Under the pieces are notes generated by a model. The model had not been told where the DNA came from, did not search any database, and saw only the letters and a list, made by a program, of their open reading frames with translations. A stretch of DNA of 64,000 nucleotides from assembly GCA_038231275.1 (NCBI GenBank), contig JBBRLQ010000004.1, forward strand, positions 224,001-288,000, read 5' to 3'. This document shows positions 1-8,873 of the stretch, one piece after another (the first letter of the stretch is position 1; each line of letters starts with the position of its first letter). The position numbers and the translations under genes were made by a program. The stretch comes from Polyangiales bacterium (GTDB taxonomy: Bacteria > Myxococcota_A > Polyangia > Polyangiales > Polyangiaceae).

Positions 1-365
1 TCGGCGACACGGCTGACGGCCTCGTCGGTGAAGCGAATCGGCAGCAAATCGTGGAGGATCCGCCCCTCCGCCGAGCCGAAGCACAGGTGGTCGGAGTGGT
101 GCGGGCTTCCGATCTCGCGCACGAACACCGCGAGCTCGCGCAAGTACGGCTCGTCCAGCGGCTCGGTGCCACCCAGGGACATCGTCAACCCGTGCGTGAG
201 GATCGGATACCGATCGCGCGCCCGCGAGAGCGCGTTCGGGTAGTACCCGCCGCGCTGCATGTAGTTCTCCGGAGAGACCTCCAGAAAATCGATCTCGGCC
301 TTCGCGTCGCGAGCCAAAAGCTCGTCGATGAACTCCCAGCGAAGGCCGAGACCGACACCGTTCAC
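1..365 (-). CDS. DUF692 / multinuclear non-heme iron-dependent oxidase (MNIO) family enzyme, 5' part only (runs off window edge)
   Basis: Hand translation of the minus strand from GTG at 365: VNGVGLGLRWEFIDELL...IDFLEVSPENYMQRGG...YPILTHGLTMSLGGTEPLDEPYL...SDHLCFG...HDLLPIRFTDEAVSRVA. The motifs GLGLR, LEVxPENY, HGLxxSLG, SDHLC and HDLLP are characteristic of DUF692. Absent from the ORF track because it has no stop in the window; starts 6 nt after the upstream TAA. Confidence 0.9.
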   Translation of the reverse strand, partial: MNGVGLGLRWEFIDELLARDAKAEIDFLEVSPENYMQRGGYYPNALSRARDRYPILTHGLTMSLGGTEPLDEPYLRELAVFVREIGSPHHSDHLCFGSAEGRILHDLLPIRFTDEAVSRVA

Positions 366-371
366 GTGGTG

Positions 372-809
372 TTACTTCTTCTTCGCGTCGGCCGAGCAGG
401 TGCCCGCGCCGCACGAGGCCTGCGTGCCCGCCGGCTTCTTGCCGGGGGTCATCGCCGGCTTCTTGCCCGGGGTCGTCGGCGGCGTCGGCGTGGCCGTCGC
501 GGCGGCGGCCTTGGGGTCGGTCGTCGGCGTCGTGGTGGGCGTGGTCGTCGCGGCGGCACCGGTGCCGGGCGCGGTCGGATCGGCCGGCTTCGCGTCCGCG
601 GCCTTGCCCTTGTTCGCGCCGCAACCGGCGGCCGAGCACGAGGCGGCGGGGGCCGCGGTCGGGGTGGTCCCGGCCGCGGGCGCCACCTCGGATGAGGTCA
701 CAGGGGAGGCGGGCGCGGGCGGCGGCGCACCGCCGCAGGCGACGAGAGCCGTCGTTCCGAGGGCGGCGAGCGTGCTGGCGAGATTCTGCAAAGACAGGTT
801 CGGTCGCAT
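372..809 (-). CDS. Low-complexity lipoprotein with two CxxxxC motifs; probable MNIO precursor peptide
   Basis: Strong RBS (AAGGAG), signal peptide with lipobox LVA-C25, Ala/Pro/Thr/Lys-rich spacers, two similar cores ASCSAAGCGA and ASCGAGTCSA; lies directly upstream of the DUF692 gene. Confidence 0.8.
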   Translation of the reverse strand: MRPNLSLQNLASTLAALGTTALVACGGAPPPAPASPVTSSEVAPAAGTTPTAAPAASCSAAGCGANKGKAADAKPADPTAPGTGAAATTTPTTTPTTDPKAAAATATPTPPTTPGKKPAMTPGKKPAGTQASCGAGTCSADAKKK

Positions 810-832
810 GAAAGACTCCTTTTGTTTCGTTT

Positions 833-1645
833 TCAGTTGGCTCCGGGGGTGGCCCGGAAGTCGATGCTCACGTCGGCGACATCCGCCACCTTCGTACCCA
901 AGAGTCCAAGAGACTTCGTCGCGAGCTTCCCGAACGTGTCGCGAGGCTTTACGTCGTGCTCGGCGAGGGTAACCCGAAGAGGCGTCTTTGACTTCAGCTC
1001 GATGAAAATAGGCTTCGAGTCGGCCGGCGCACCAGAAGGGTAATGTAGGCGGGCTTCCAGCAGAGCTTCTCGGTTTTCGACCTTGTGGCCGTGGAGAAGG
1101 AAGTCCCCTTTCGCGGTCAGCGTGACGACGCGCACGTCGTCGCCGTTCTCCTTGATGGGCGCGACCTTGCTCGCGTCGGTGGTCGTGCCCGGATCGACCG
1201 AGCGAATGGCGTACACAGCCCAGCGGTTGGCCGCCTTCTCTTCGGGGCTCGCCGCCTCACCGACCTCCATCCACGTGAGCGCATGCTTCGTCTGCGCCGC
1301 GTCGTCGTCGTTGCCGAAGGTGTGGGTCGAAAGCGTCGACACGTCGACCTTCACCTCGCCGCGCGTGTTCGCGAGGTTCGCGAGGTCCACGTCGACTTTG
1401 CCGCCCGCGGCCTCGGTGATGGCCTTGATGTGCTCTTTGGGGGCCGGCATGTCGACCGACGTCTTGCCCTTCGGGTCGATCGCGAAGGAGACCGTCTTCG
1501 CGGACGGCGTCGCGATGGAGGCCGCGAGGGAGCTCGCCACCGGTGCGATCGCGACCGGCTCTTCCTTCGGGCGCATCGCGAGCCATAGGCCCCCGACCAC
1601 CACCAACCCCGCTGCCGCCCCGATCGCCAGAGACTTTCCGTTCAT
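833..1645 (-). CDS. Membrane-anchored YceI-like protein
   Basis: Start re-assigned to ATG 1645 (GGAGGA RBS). N-terminal TM helix, then beta-rich YceI-like pattern (F.ID...T, VDL.NLANTRGEVKVD.STL.T, KGDFLLHG, VTLAEHDV). Confidence 0.65.
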   Translation of the reverse strand: MNGKSLAIGAAAGLVVVGGLWLAMRPKEEPVAIAPVASSLAASIATPSAKTVSFAIDPKGKTSVDMPAPKEHIKAITEAAGGKVDVDLANLANTRGEVKVDVSTLSTHTFGNDDDAAQTKHALTWMEVGEAASPEEKAANRWAVYAIRSVDPGTTTDASKVAPIKENGDDVRVVTLTAKGDFLLHGHKVENREALLEARLHYPSGAPADSKPIFIELKSKTPLRVTLAEHDVKPRDTFGKLATKSLGLLGTKVADVADVSIDFRATPGAN

Positions 1646-1747
1646 CTGTCCTCCGCCCCTGCCTACGTGCCGGGGGTGCCGGTGGTTTCGCCCGTTCGCG
1701 TGAGAGCTGAAATTACAGGCATTTGCGTCGTGTGGGCCCAAAATTTT

Positions 1748-3232
1748 TCAGAGCGCGGCGGCGAGGCGCTTCAGGGCCTCGCGGAGCTCGGCGGGCGTGA
1801 GCTGCGCGAAGCCGAGGCGGACGAAGGGACGCGCGCGTCCGTCGAACGTGAACGCCCGCGCCGTCTGCATGAGGACGCCTCGCTCGAGCGCGCGGGCGGC
1901 CCACGCTTCGGGGCTCACGTCGGGGGCGACGCGCGCCCAGATCGCGGTGCCACCGGCCGGGGTGGTGAACGTGAGCACGTCCCCGAAGCGTTGGCGCAAG
2001 CCGCTGACCAGCACCTCGCGCCGTTCCATGTAGGCGCGTCGGACGCGGCGCACGTGGCGGCCGACCTCGCCGTCCTCGAGCAGCTCCCCGACGGCGTCCT
2101 CGATCGCATGGTCCCCTTGGCGATCCATGTAGCGGCGACGGGTGACGAGGCGCTCGATGACCGGGCGCGGCGCGACGACGTAGCCGATGCGAAGGCCCGG
2201 CGCGAGCACCTTGGAGAGCGTGCCGACGTAGACGACGACCCCCGACTGATCGGCGCTCGCGAGGGGAAGGACGGGGCGGCCGTCGTAGTGGAACTCGTGA
2301 TCGTAGTCGTCCTCGATGACGACGAAGCGCTCGCGGCGCGCGAGGTCGAGGAGCGCGAGGCGGCGCGCGGCGTCGAGGGTGACGGTCGTGGGGTACTGAT
2401 GATGAGGCGTGACGAAGACGGCGCGAACGGGACCGGCGGCGGCTTCGGCGACGCGCGCGGCGAGGGCGGTCATGTCGAGGCCGCCGTCGTCCACCGGCAG
2501 CGGGACGATGCGTGCGCCGGCCGCGCGGAACGCCTCCCACGCGGGGCGATAGCCGAGGGCCTCGACGACGACGACGTCTCCTGGCGTGAGGAGCGAGCGC
2601 GCGAGGAGATCGAGCGCCATCTGGCTTCCGCGCGTGACGATCACCGTGTCCTCGCGCGCGGCGAGACCTCGCGTCGCCGAGAGCATGCGCGCGAGGCCGA
2701 CGCGAAGTCGCTCGGCGCCGAGCGGATCGCCGTAGGTGAGGAGCGCGCGGCCGTTCGTGCGAAGTGAGCGACGGAAGGCGCGGGCGAGCGGCGCGGTGGG
2801 CATGAGACGGACGTCAGGCACTCCGCCCATCATCGAGAGCACGTCGCGTCCAGGAATGGGGACGTCCGCCCATGCGCGCTCGAACGGGGGAAGGTCGAAG
2901 CCGACGCGCGCCGGGATCTCCTCGCGAGGCGCGGCTCCTTTCGCGAAGCGACGTGGCGCGACGTCGGGGAGCGCCTTCGACACGAAGGTGCCGCGCGCGG
3001 CCTCCGTCGTCAGCCAGCCCTCGGCGACGAGCTCGCGAAACGCCGCGATGACCGTATTGCGGTGCACCCCGAGCGCGCGCGCGAGCTCTCGGGTGCCGGG
3101 GAGCGCGTCGCCTGGCGCGAGGCGGCCTCGTCGCACGTCTTCGGTGATGGCGCGCGCGATGCGGAGAAAGAGCGGCGCGCGGCCTGCGGGATCGGCGGCA
3201 GGGACGGCCAGGGGCATCGACCAGGTGCGCAT
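1748..3232 (-). CDS. MocR/GabR-family GntR regulator (wHTH + PLP aminotransferase-like domain)
   Basis: LPGTRELARALGVHRNTV wHTH; TPHHQYPT, IEDDYD, GTLSKVLAPGLRIGY. Confidence 0.93.
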   Translation of the reverse strand: MRTWSMPLAVPAADPAGRAPLFLRIARAITEDVRRGRLAPGDALPGTRELARALGVHRNTVIAAFRELVAEGWLTTEAARGTFVSKALPDVAPRRFAKGAAPREEIPARVGFDLPPFERAWADVPIPGRDVLSMMGGVPDVRLMPTAPLARAFRRSLRTNGRALLTYGDPLGAERLRVGLARMLSATRGLAAREDTVIVTRGSQMALDLLARSLLTPGDVVVVEALGYRPAWEAFRAAGARIVPLPVDDGGLDMTALAARVAEAAAGPVRAVFVTPHHQYPTTVTLDAARRLALLDLARRERFVVIEDDYDHEFHYDGRPVLPLASADQSGVVVYVGTLSKVLAPGLRIGYVVAPRPVIERLVTRRRYMDRQGDHAIEDAVGELLEDGEVGRHVRRVRRAYMERREVLVSGLRQRFGDVLTFTTPAGGTAIWARVAPDVSPEAWAARALERGVLMQTARAFTFDGRARPFVRLGFAQLTPAELREALKRLAAAL

Positions 3233-3269
3233 TCCACTGGTCTACCGATTCGTGGAAATTTTGCCACGT

Positions 3270-4430
3270 TCAAAGGACCAGGTGCCCTGTCGCGATCGCA
3301 CGAACGACGCCCGCCAGCGCGCCCGCAGCGAGTGGCCACAGGGGATTACTGCGTGGAAATGCGACACGCAGTGCTGCGCACACGATGACGATCGCGGCGT
3401 CGTCCCACGCGTGGACCGACGCGCGGCCGAGTGACAACCCTGCCGCGGCGATGACGCCGACGACCGCGGGCGCGACGCCGCGCAAAAATCCTTGGACGAC
3501 TCGGTTCTCGCGGAACGCCGCCAGCGAGCGGGCGGCCAGGAGCGCGAGCACAGTCGGCGGCGCGAAGACGCCCAGCGTCGCGGCGAGCGCACCGAGCGGA
3601 CCGGCCGCACGCCACCCGACGAACGTGGCGGTCGTGGCCACCGGTCCCGGAGTGATCTGCCCGAACGCGACCGCGTCGGCGAACGCGCGCGCGTCGATCC
3701 ATCCGCGCGCGACCGCCTCGTGCTCGATCGCGGGCACCATCGCAATCCCGCCGCCGAACGTCGCCACGCCGATGCGCGCGAAAACGCCGAACACCGCCAA
3801 CGCGATGGGCAGGCTCCACGCGACGACGAGCGCGGTCGCTGGAGGCAGGAGGACGAGCGACATCGGACCGGGCATCGACGGCGGCCGAGGCCTCGCCGAC
3901 ACCGCGCCGACGACGCCCGCGATCGCGATGACCTCGATGAGCGTGAGCCAGCGCGCGGCGAGCGCGATCGTGGTCGCGAGCGCGATGAGCCACCCACGCA
4001 GATCCTTGAGCGTGCTCCTCGCGAGATCGACGGCGATCGCGACGAAGAGGCCGGCGACCGCGGGGTTCAGCCCATCGAGCGCCGCACGAACGCCGCGCAT
4101 TCCTTGCAAGACATCGTAGTACGCGGCGATCAGCGCGATCATCCCGCAGCCCGGAAGGATGAAGACGCCCGCGGCGACGAGCGCACCGACCACGCCCTTC
4201 AAGTGGTAGCCGACGAGGACGAGGAGGTTCGTGACCATCGTCCCCGGCAGTGCGCCGGCGACGGCGACGCGCTCCACGAACGCGTGCTCCTCCATCCACC
4301 CGCGCTCCGCCACCATGACGCGCCGCATGCGCGCGATCGCCGCGAGGCCGCCGCCGAACGCGACGGCCCCAGTCACCAGCGCGACCTCCGCGAGCGCGCG
4401 GAGGCGTACGGAGGGACGCGCGTCGGGCAC
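3270..4430 (-). CDS. chrA: Chromate efflux transporter (CHR family, two-domain)
   Basis: Two repeats with AFGGG / TFGGG, LPG and GQITPGP motifs, multiple TM helices; start re-assigned to GTG 4430. Confidence 0.87.
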   Translation of the reverse strand: MPDARPSVRLRALAEVALVTGAVAFGGGLAAIARMRRVMVAERGWMEEHAFVERVAVAGALPGTMVTNLLVLVGYHLKGVVGALVAAGVFILPGCGMIALIAAYYDVLQGMRGVRAALDGLNPAVAGLFVAIAVDLARSTLKDLRGWLIALATTIALAARWLTLIEVIAIAGVVGAVSARPRPPSMPGPMSLVLLPPATALVVAWSLPIALAVFGVFARIGVATFGGGIAMVPAIEHEAVARGWIDARAFADAVAFGQITPGPVATTATFVGWRAAGPLGALAATLGVFAPPTVLALLAARSLAAFRENRVVQGFLRGVAPAVVGVIAAAGLSLGRASVHAWDDAAIVIVCAALRVAFPRSNPLWPLAAGALAGVVRAIATGHLVL

Positions 4431-4452
4431 GCCCCGGTTTACACCGAACCGC

Positions 4453-5442
4453 TCAGAATTTCGCCTGCGCGAAGACGCACGCGGCGGGGTTGCCGGCGGC
4501 CGGCTTGTAGTCGACGGAATCCTTGTAATAGACGCGCGCGAACGCCGAGTCCCAGCACTCCGACACCTGCACGTTGGACACGGTGGTCGGCAGGTTGCCT
4601 CCGGTGAGCTGCGCGTCGCCACGGCCGGCGCCGCTCTGATCCCAGCGGCTGTGGAGGACGATGTCGTCGGCTTTGTCGTTCTGCGCGGGATCGGCGCCGT
4701 CGTGCAGCGTGATGTCGACCGCGCCCGAGCCGTCGCCCTGGTGCGTGACGCCGACCTTGGCGGCGCGCGGGCGATCGGTCGCGGTGAGGTCGACGGCGAG
4801 CGTCGCCGGGTACTGGCGAAGATCAAACGCGACCTTCACGTTGCCGGAGTCGTGGCTGCGCGCCGGATCGAGCCGCGACGACGCGTCGAAATCGAGCGTG
4901 AAGCTTCCCTGACGATGCTCGGCGCGCGAGCGGCCGAAGCCGTGACCGGTGAGGACCGCCTTGAAGTCCGCTTCGCTCGTCGAGCCCTTGGCCCGCCCTT
5001 CGAGCGCGTAGTCGTACTCCTTGTCGCCCACCTCGTTGACCGTGAAGCGCCACACCACCGGCGAGAGGGCGTCGCCTGCGCCGGGACCCCACACCGCCTT
5101 GTGCGGCTCGATCGTCGTCGCGGGCGTGTGCACGATCGTCCACACGAGGCCGATGACCCACGCGGTGCCGTAGTCGACGGTGTCGGTGATGTCGCGCGTC
5201 ACCTGGTAGTACTCGGCGTAGCTGCTGGTGCCGCCGCCGCCTGCCGGCGTGTTGGAGAGGTGGAGGACCTGGCCCTGCGTCTTGGTCGGCGCGCCGGTGG
5301 TGGAGCCGGGGACGCCCATGCCGACGTCGGCCGACTGCGGGATCGGATCGCGGAAGCGCTCCGAGTCGTCCGCCTTGATCGTGCACGCGTTCGAACCGCC
5401 GACCACCGCGCCCAGCATCAAAAGGCCCATCCACTTGCTCAT
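4453..5442 (-). CDS. Hypothetical lipoprotein
   Basis: GAGGAG RBS, signal peptide ending SNA-C, strong GC3 codon bias, beta-rich body with C-terminal Cys pair. Confidence 0.75.
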   Translation of the reverse strand: MSKWMGLLMLGAVVGGSNACTIKADDSERFRDPIPQSADVGMGVPGSTTGAPTKTQGQVLHLSNTPAGGGGTSSYAEYYQVTRDITDTVDYGTAWVIGLVWTIVHTPATTIEPHKAVWGPGAGDALSPVVWRFTVNEVGDKEYDYALEGRAKGSTSEADFKAVLTGHGFGRSRAEHRQGSFTLDFDASSRLDPARSHDSGNVKVAFDLRQYPATLAVDLTATDRPRAAKVGVTHQGDGSGAVDITLHDGADPAQNDKADDIVLHSRWDQSGAGRGDAQLTGGNLPTTVSNVQVSECWDSAFARVYYKDSVDYKPAAGNPAACVFAQAKF

Positions 5443-5621
5443 TGGTCTCTCCTCCTCGGTGAACGTCGTCGTCGTGGGGACTGTTCGCGGAGGGCCTACT
5501 CCAAGTTCTGGGCCAACGGCTCGGCTACTCGGATCCCCTGAAATTCAAGAGTTTCCGGTGATGGGAGTGAACGCCGGTTGTCACCCCTTCGCGGGACGGA
5601 CGATGACGGCGGCTACGGAAG

Positions 5622-5686
5622 CTCGCGAACGATTCGTTCGCGGAGCGGCGAACCGTCCGATCGTCCGCGAACGATTTGTTCGCGAG
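5622..5686. promoter_or_regulatory. Two 19-bp palindromes forming a 23-bp inverted repeat; candidate enhancer/operator sites
   Basis: CGCGAACGATTCGTTCGCG (5624-5642) and CGCGAACGATTTGTTCGCG (5666-5684), 42 bp apart, in a divergent intergenic region. Confidence 0.6.
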
Positions 5687-5725
5687 AACGCGACCCAAAC
5701 CTGCGACCCCACATGCGCGGCGCCG

Positions 5726-5741
5726 TGGACCACGCGTTGCA
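5726..5741 (+). promoter_or_regulatory. Putative sigma54 (-24/-12) promoter
   Basis: TGGACCACGCGTTGCA has GG-N10-GC spacing with TTGCA at -12; predicted +1 is about 5752, next to ATG 5753. Confidence 0.5.
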
Positions 5742-5752
5742 CTGCCCTCGGC

Positions 5753-7273
5753 ATGAACCGAACGCGAAGCTGGGGGCTACTTGGGCTAGCGATGGCCGTC
5801 GCGGGCGCCGCGGCGTGTGGGTCGGAGCCGGGCGGCACCGGTGGTCCCACCGGATCCCTCGGAAGCTCCGCCGCCCCCGACGCGGCGGCGCCGGCGGATC
5901 CTGGCACTGTCGCGCCGAACGCGGGGCCGGTCTGCACGGGTGAAGCGACGGCCCTGCTCGACAAAGGGGCCAAGCAGCTTACGAACCTCTGTGCGCGCGG
6001 CTACGGCGATCCGATCTCGCGCGCCTTCTGCGGCGCGACCCCGCCCACCCTCACGAGCCTCTCGGACGTGCAGAAGCTCGTCGGCCTCGGGTTCAAGCCC
6101 GGGCCGTATACGAACGGCGGCACCAGCGGCAAGAACGGCAACCCCGGCTTCATCCTCACCGCGCAGTCGACCTCGATCACGACGCGCAAGGTCTCGCAGA
6201 TCAACCCGCGCACGATCTTCTTCACGCCGCCGCTCGGTCGCGGCAGGCTGAGCGGTCCGCCGCAGCCGAACCCGTCGTACGTGGCGATGGGCTTCACGCG
6301 CGGCGACATGGCCATCGAGCTCCTCGCGAAGGATCCGACGATGAACGGCGGCAAGGGGGACATTCGCTTCTTCCTCTTGAAGTACGAGCAAGCGTGCAGC
6401 GCCACGCCCGGCGGCTGCACGCCCGGCGACTTGTACACGCCCGCGGTCGAGTCGAACTTCACGGGCTGGTCGCTCTACGACGACGAGGATCTCAAGAACA
6501 CCACGCAGGACTGTCGGCAGTGCCATCAGCCCGGCGGTCCGGGAACGCCGCGCATGCTCCGCATGCAGGAGCTCCAACGCCCGTGGCAGCACTGGATGTA
6601 CAACGACGCGACCGGCGTAGCCGCGCTGCGCGCCGACTTCCACGCGGCGCACCCGGCGAACGAATCGTACGGCGGCATCCCCGCCGGCGCGGCCGACTTC
6701 GGCGACGTGCAGCAGCTCGAGGCGTTCGTGGAGAACAACGGCTTCCTCGTGCAGCCCAACGAATTTCCGGGAAAGGCGATCCTCGCCGAGCTTGGCGCGA
6801 GCGGCACGAGCGCGACGTGGCAGACGGCCTACAAGGCGTCGGAGGGCGCGCAGTTCATCCCGGTGCCGTACTTCGATTCGATCGCGACCGATCCGGTGAA
6901 GGTGCAAACGCTCGTCGGACAATACAGCGCGGTCGCCGCCGGTACGATGCCGGCGAGCCAGCTCGGCGACATGAGCGACGTGTTCAGCGACGCCGCGCAG
7001 CGCGCCATGACGCACAAGCCGGCGGCCGGGCTCACCGGCCGTCAGATCCTCGTGCAGGTTTGCCAGCAGTGCCACAACTCGCACCTCGACCAGACGATCT
7101 CGCGCGCGACGATGAACGTGGAGCTCTTGGACACGCTGTCGCGCGCGGAGAAGAACGAAGCCATCCGGCGCATCAACCTCCCGAAGGACGACTGCAGCCA
7201 CATGCCGCCGCAGCGCTTCCGTGAGCTGGACGCCGCGGAGATCGCCACGGTTCAGGCGGAGCTGGCGAAATAG
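5753..7273 (+). CDS. Di-heme c-type cytochrome lipoprotein of unknown function
   Basis: Start re-assigned to ATG 5753; lipobox AAA-C; CRQCH and CQQCH heme motifs; C-terminal HMPP (possible axial Met). Confidence 0.75.
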   Translation: MNRTRSWGLLGLAMAVAGAAACGSEPGGTGGPTGSLGSSAAPDAAAPADPGTVAPNAGPVCTGEATALLDKGAKQLTNLCARGYGDPISRAFCGATPPTLTSLSDVQKLVGLGFKPGPYTNGGTSGKNGNPGFILTAQSTSITTRKVSQINPRTIFFTPPLGRGRLSGPPQPNPSYVAMGFTRGDMAIELLAKDPTMNGGKGDIRFFLLKYEQACSATPGGCTPGDLYTPAVESNFTGWSLYDDEDLKNTTQDCRQCHQPGGPGTPRMLRMQELQRPWQHWMYNDATGVAALRADFHAAHPANESYGGIPAGAADFGDVQQLEAFVENNGFLVQPNEFPGKAILAELGASGTSATWQTAYKASEGAQFIPVPYFDSIATDPVKVQTLVGQYSAVAAGTMPASQLGDMSDVFSDAAQRAMTHKPAAGLTGRQILVQVCQQCHNSHLDQTISRATMNVELLDTLSRAEKNEAIRRINLPKDDCSHMPPQRFRELDAAEIATVQAELAK

Positions 7274-7342
7274 TCGCCGCTCGATCGCGGGCGATGATCG
7301 CGCGCTGTTCCCCACGCGGGATTCGTGGCCACATAGCCCGTC

Positions 7343-8626
7343 GTGCGCCAAAAACCCACGGAGCGGAAGCTCGCGATCGGCGTCGTCCTTTCTTGGACGC
7401 TCGTTCGTGTCATGTCGCTTGGCATCGGGCATGTCTCGGTTCCTCTCGACGCGTGGAGCTTCCGTGCGGCGGCCAGCGCGCTCGGCGGCGGTGACTTCGG
7501 CGCCTACACGGGCGCGCGCCCACCCGTTTTTCCGCTGCTCCTCATCGCGACTCGGGGGAACGACCACGCGCTGTGGATCGTGCAGTCACTCATCGGGATC
7601 GGAGCGGCCTGGGTCCTCTTCCACGTCACGTTGGCCGAGACCCGCAGCCGTGTCGCCGCGGTCGTCGCCGGCTCGTCGATCGGGTTGGGGTTCTACGCTC
7701 TCTCGGCGGAAGCGTCGGTGATGAGCGAATGCGTCCTCGCGGGGCTCCTCGGCGCCTCGCTCCTCGTCGCGCGAAGGATCGTCACGGCTCCGCGCTCGTC
7801 TCGTGAGTTCCTGCTGCTCGGGTGTCTCGCCGGCTTCGCGGTGCTCACGCGACCTATGTTCATCTACTTGCCGCTCGCGTTCGCGATCGCGGCGCGCGGC
7901 GCGGGGCGGAGGAAGGTCACGCTCCTTCTCGGATCGAGCGGCGGCATCGTCGTGGCGTGGTCGGTGTTCAACTGGTTCGCCGTCGACTACTTCGGCCCCA
8001 CCACGCTCCTTGGATTCAACCTGACGAACCATTGCGGCGGGTTCATCGAACGCGCGGGGCCCGAATTTGCTTCGATCCGCGACGTCTACTTGAAGTACCG
8101 CGCGGCCCGGGTGGCTCAATTCGGCGACCACATGCAGACGATCTGGGACGCGCTCCCGGAGATGATGAGCGTGACCGGGCTGTCGTTCTCGGCCCTGTCG
8201 AAGCGATGTCTCTCGATGTGCCTCGCGCTGATCGTGGACGATCCCGGCGCGTACCTCGCGAGCGTGGGCCGAGCGCTCGGACGTTTCATGCTCGCGCCGA
8301 ACTACCGCGGCGGTTCGTGGCTGCCGCCCTCTGGGCCCGTGCTCGCGCGGACGTGGGACGTCCAAGAGGCCATCTTCATCACTTCGAAGTTTGCGCTTCT
8401 CCTCCTCGCTCCCCTCGCGTTCAAGCGCGGAACGACTCGCTTCGCGCAGCTCGTCGTCGGGATGGTCGTCGGAGGCGCCGTGTTCCAGGCGCTCCTCGAG
8501 CTCGGAGAGAACGATCGGTACTCCGTGCCCCTCCAGCCGTGGGCCGTCTGCGGAGTCGCTCTGCTCGCGAGCGCGTGGGCGAGAGGGCGGAGCGGAGGTC
8601 CCGCGCCAGCGACTCTCGGCGGGTAG
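7343..8626 (+). CDS. Polytopic membrane glycosyltransferase (GT-C, ArnT/GT39-like)
   Basis: Many TM segments with R.P..P (RPPVFP), MSE, LTRP and DRY motifs typical of GT-C enzymes. Confidence 0.6.
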   Translation: MRQKPTERKLAIGVVLSWTLVRVMSLGIGHVSVPLDAWSFRAAASALGGGDFGAYTGARPPVFPLLLIATRGNDHALWIVQSLIGIGAAWVLFHVTLAETRSRVAAVVAGSSIGLGFYALSAEASVMSECVLAGLLGASLLVARRIVTAPRSSREFLLLGCLAGFAVLTRPMFIYLPLAFAIAARGAGRRKVTLLLGSSGGIVVAWSVFNWFAVDYFGPTTLLGFNLTNHCGGFIERAGPEFASIRDVYLKYRAARVAQFGDHMQTIWDALPEMMSVTGLSFSALSKRCLSMCLALIVDDPGAYLASVGRALGRFMLAPNYRGGSWLPPSGPVLARTWDVQEAIFITSKFALLLLAPLAFKRGTTRFAQLVVGMVVGGAVFQALLELGENDRYSVPLQPWAVCGVALLASAWARGRSGGPAPATLGG

Positions 8627-8635
8627 GCGCGAGCA

Positions 8636-8665
8636 TCATGCAGCCGGGCCTTCGGGGCTGCATGA
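8636..8665. terminator. Stem-loop between convergent GT-C gene and tRNA
   Basis: TCATGCAGCC-N10-GGCTGCATGA, a perfect 10-bp inverted repeat. Confidence 0.55.
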
Positions 8666-8683
8666 CTCTTTCGAGAAGACGGG

Positions 8684-8755
8684 AGCCGCCCTGGGGATTT
8701 GAACCCCAGACCTGCGGTTTACGAAACCGCTGCTCTACCCCTGAGCTAGGGCGGC
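8684..8755 (-). tRNA. tRNA-Thr (anticodon CGT)
   Basis: Minus strand GCCGCCCTAGCTCAGGGGTAGAGCAGCGGTTTCGTAAACCGCAGGTCTGGGGTTCAAATCCCCAGGGCGGCT folds as a cloverleaf with a GTTCAAA T-loop; CCA is not encoded. Confidence 0.95.
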
Positions 8756-8770
8756 GAGGAAGCACCGCGC

Positions 8771-8799
8771 AAAGAACACAAAGAACGACCTGACGTCAA
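8771..8799 (-). promoter_or_regulatory. Possible sigma70 promoter of the tRNA
   Basis: TTGACG-N17-TTCTTT, with TG dinucleotides just upstream of the weak -10. Confidence 0.35.
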
Positions 8800-8873
8800 C
8801 GAAATCCGCAGCTTGACCGTGCGGACGCGCCGAATTCAGGCCGGTTTGTGGCGGCGTTTTTTGGGGTGGTCCT

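Noticed and set aside
1690-1725. ECF-sigma promoter (GTAA...CGAA) upstream of the YceI-precursor-MNIO operon
   Set aside because: Spacing between the candidate boxes is 12 or 20 nt, not the ~16 nt expected.
8681-8684. tRNA ends in CCC rather than CCA
   Set aside because: Non-encoded CCA is common in bacteria, so this is not evidence of a pseudogene.
7343-8755. Possible genomic island integrated at the tRNA-Thr 3' end
   Set aside because: No integrase and no duplicated tRNA 3' end seen in the window; the slightly atypical codon usage of the GT-C gene alone is insufficient.
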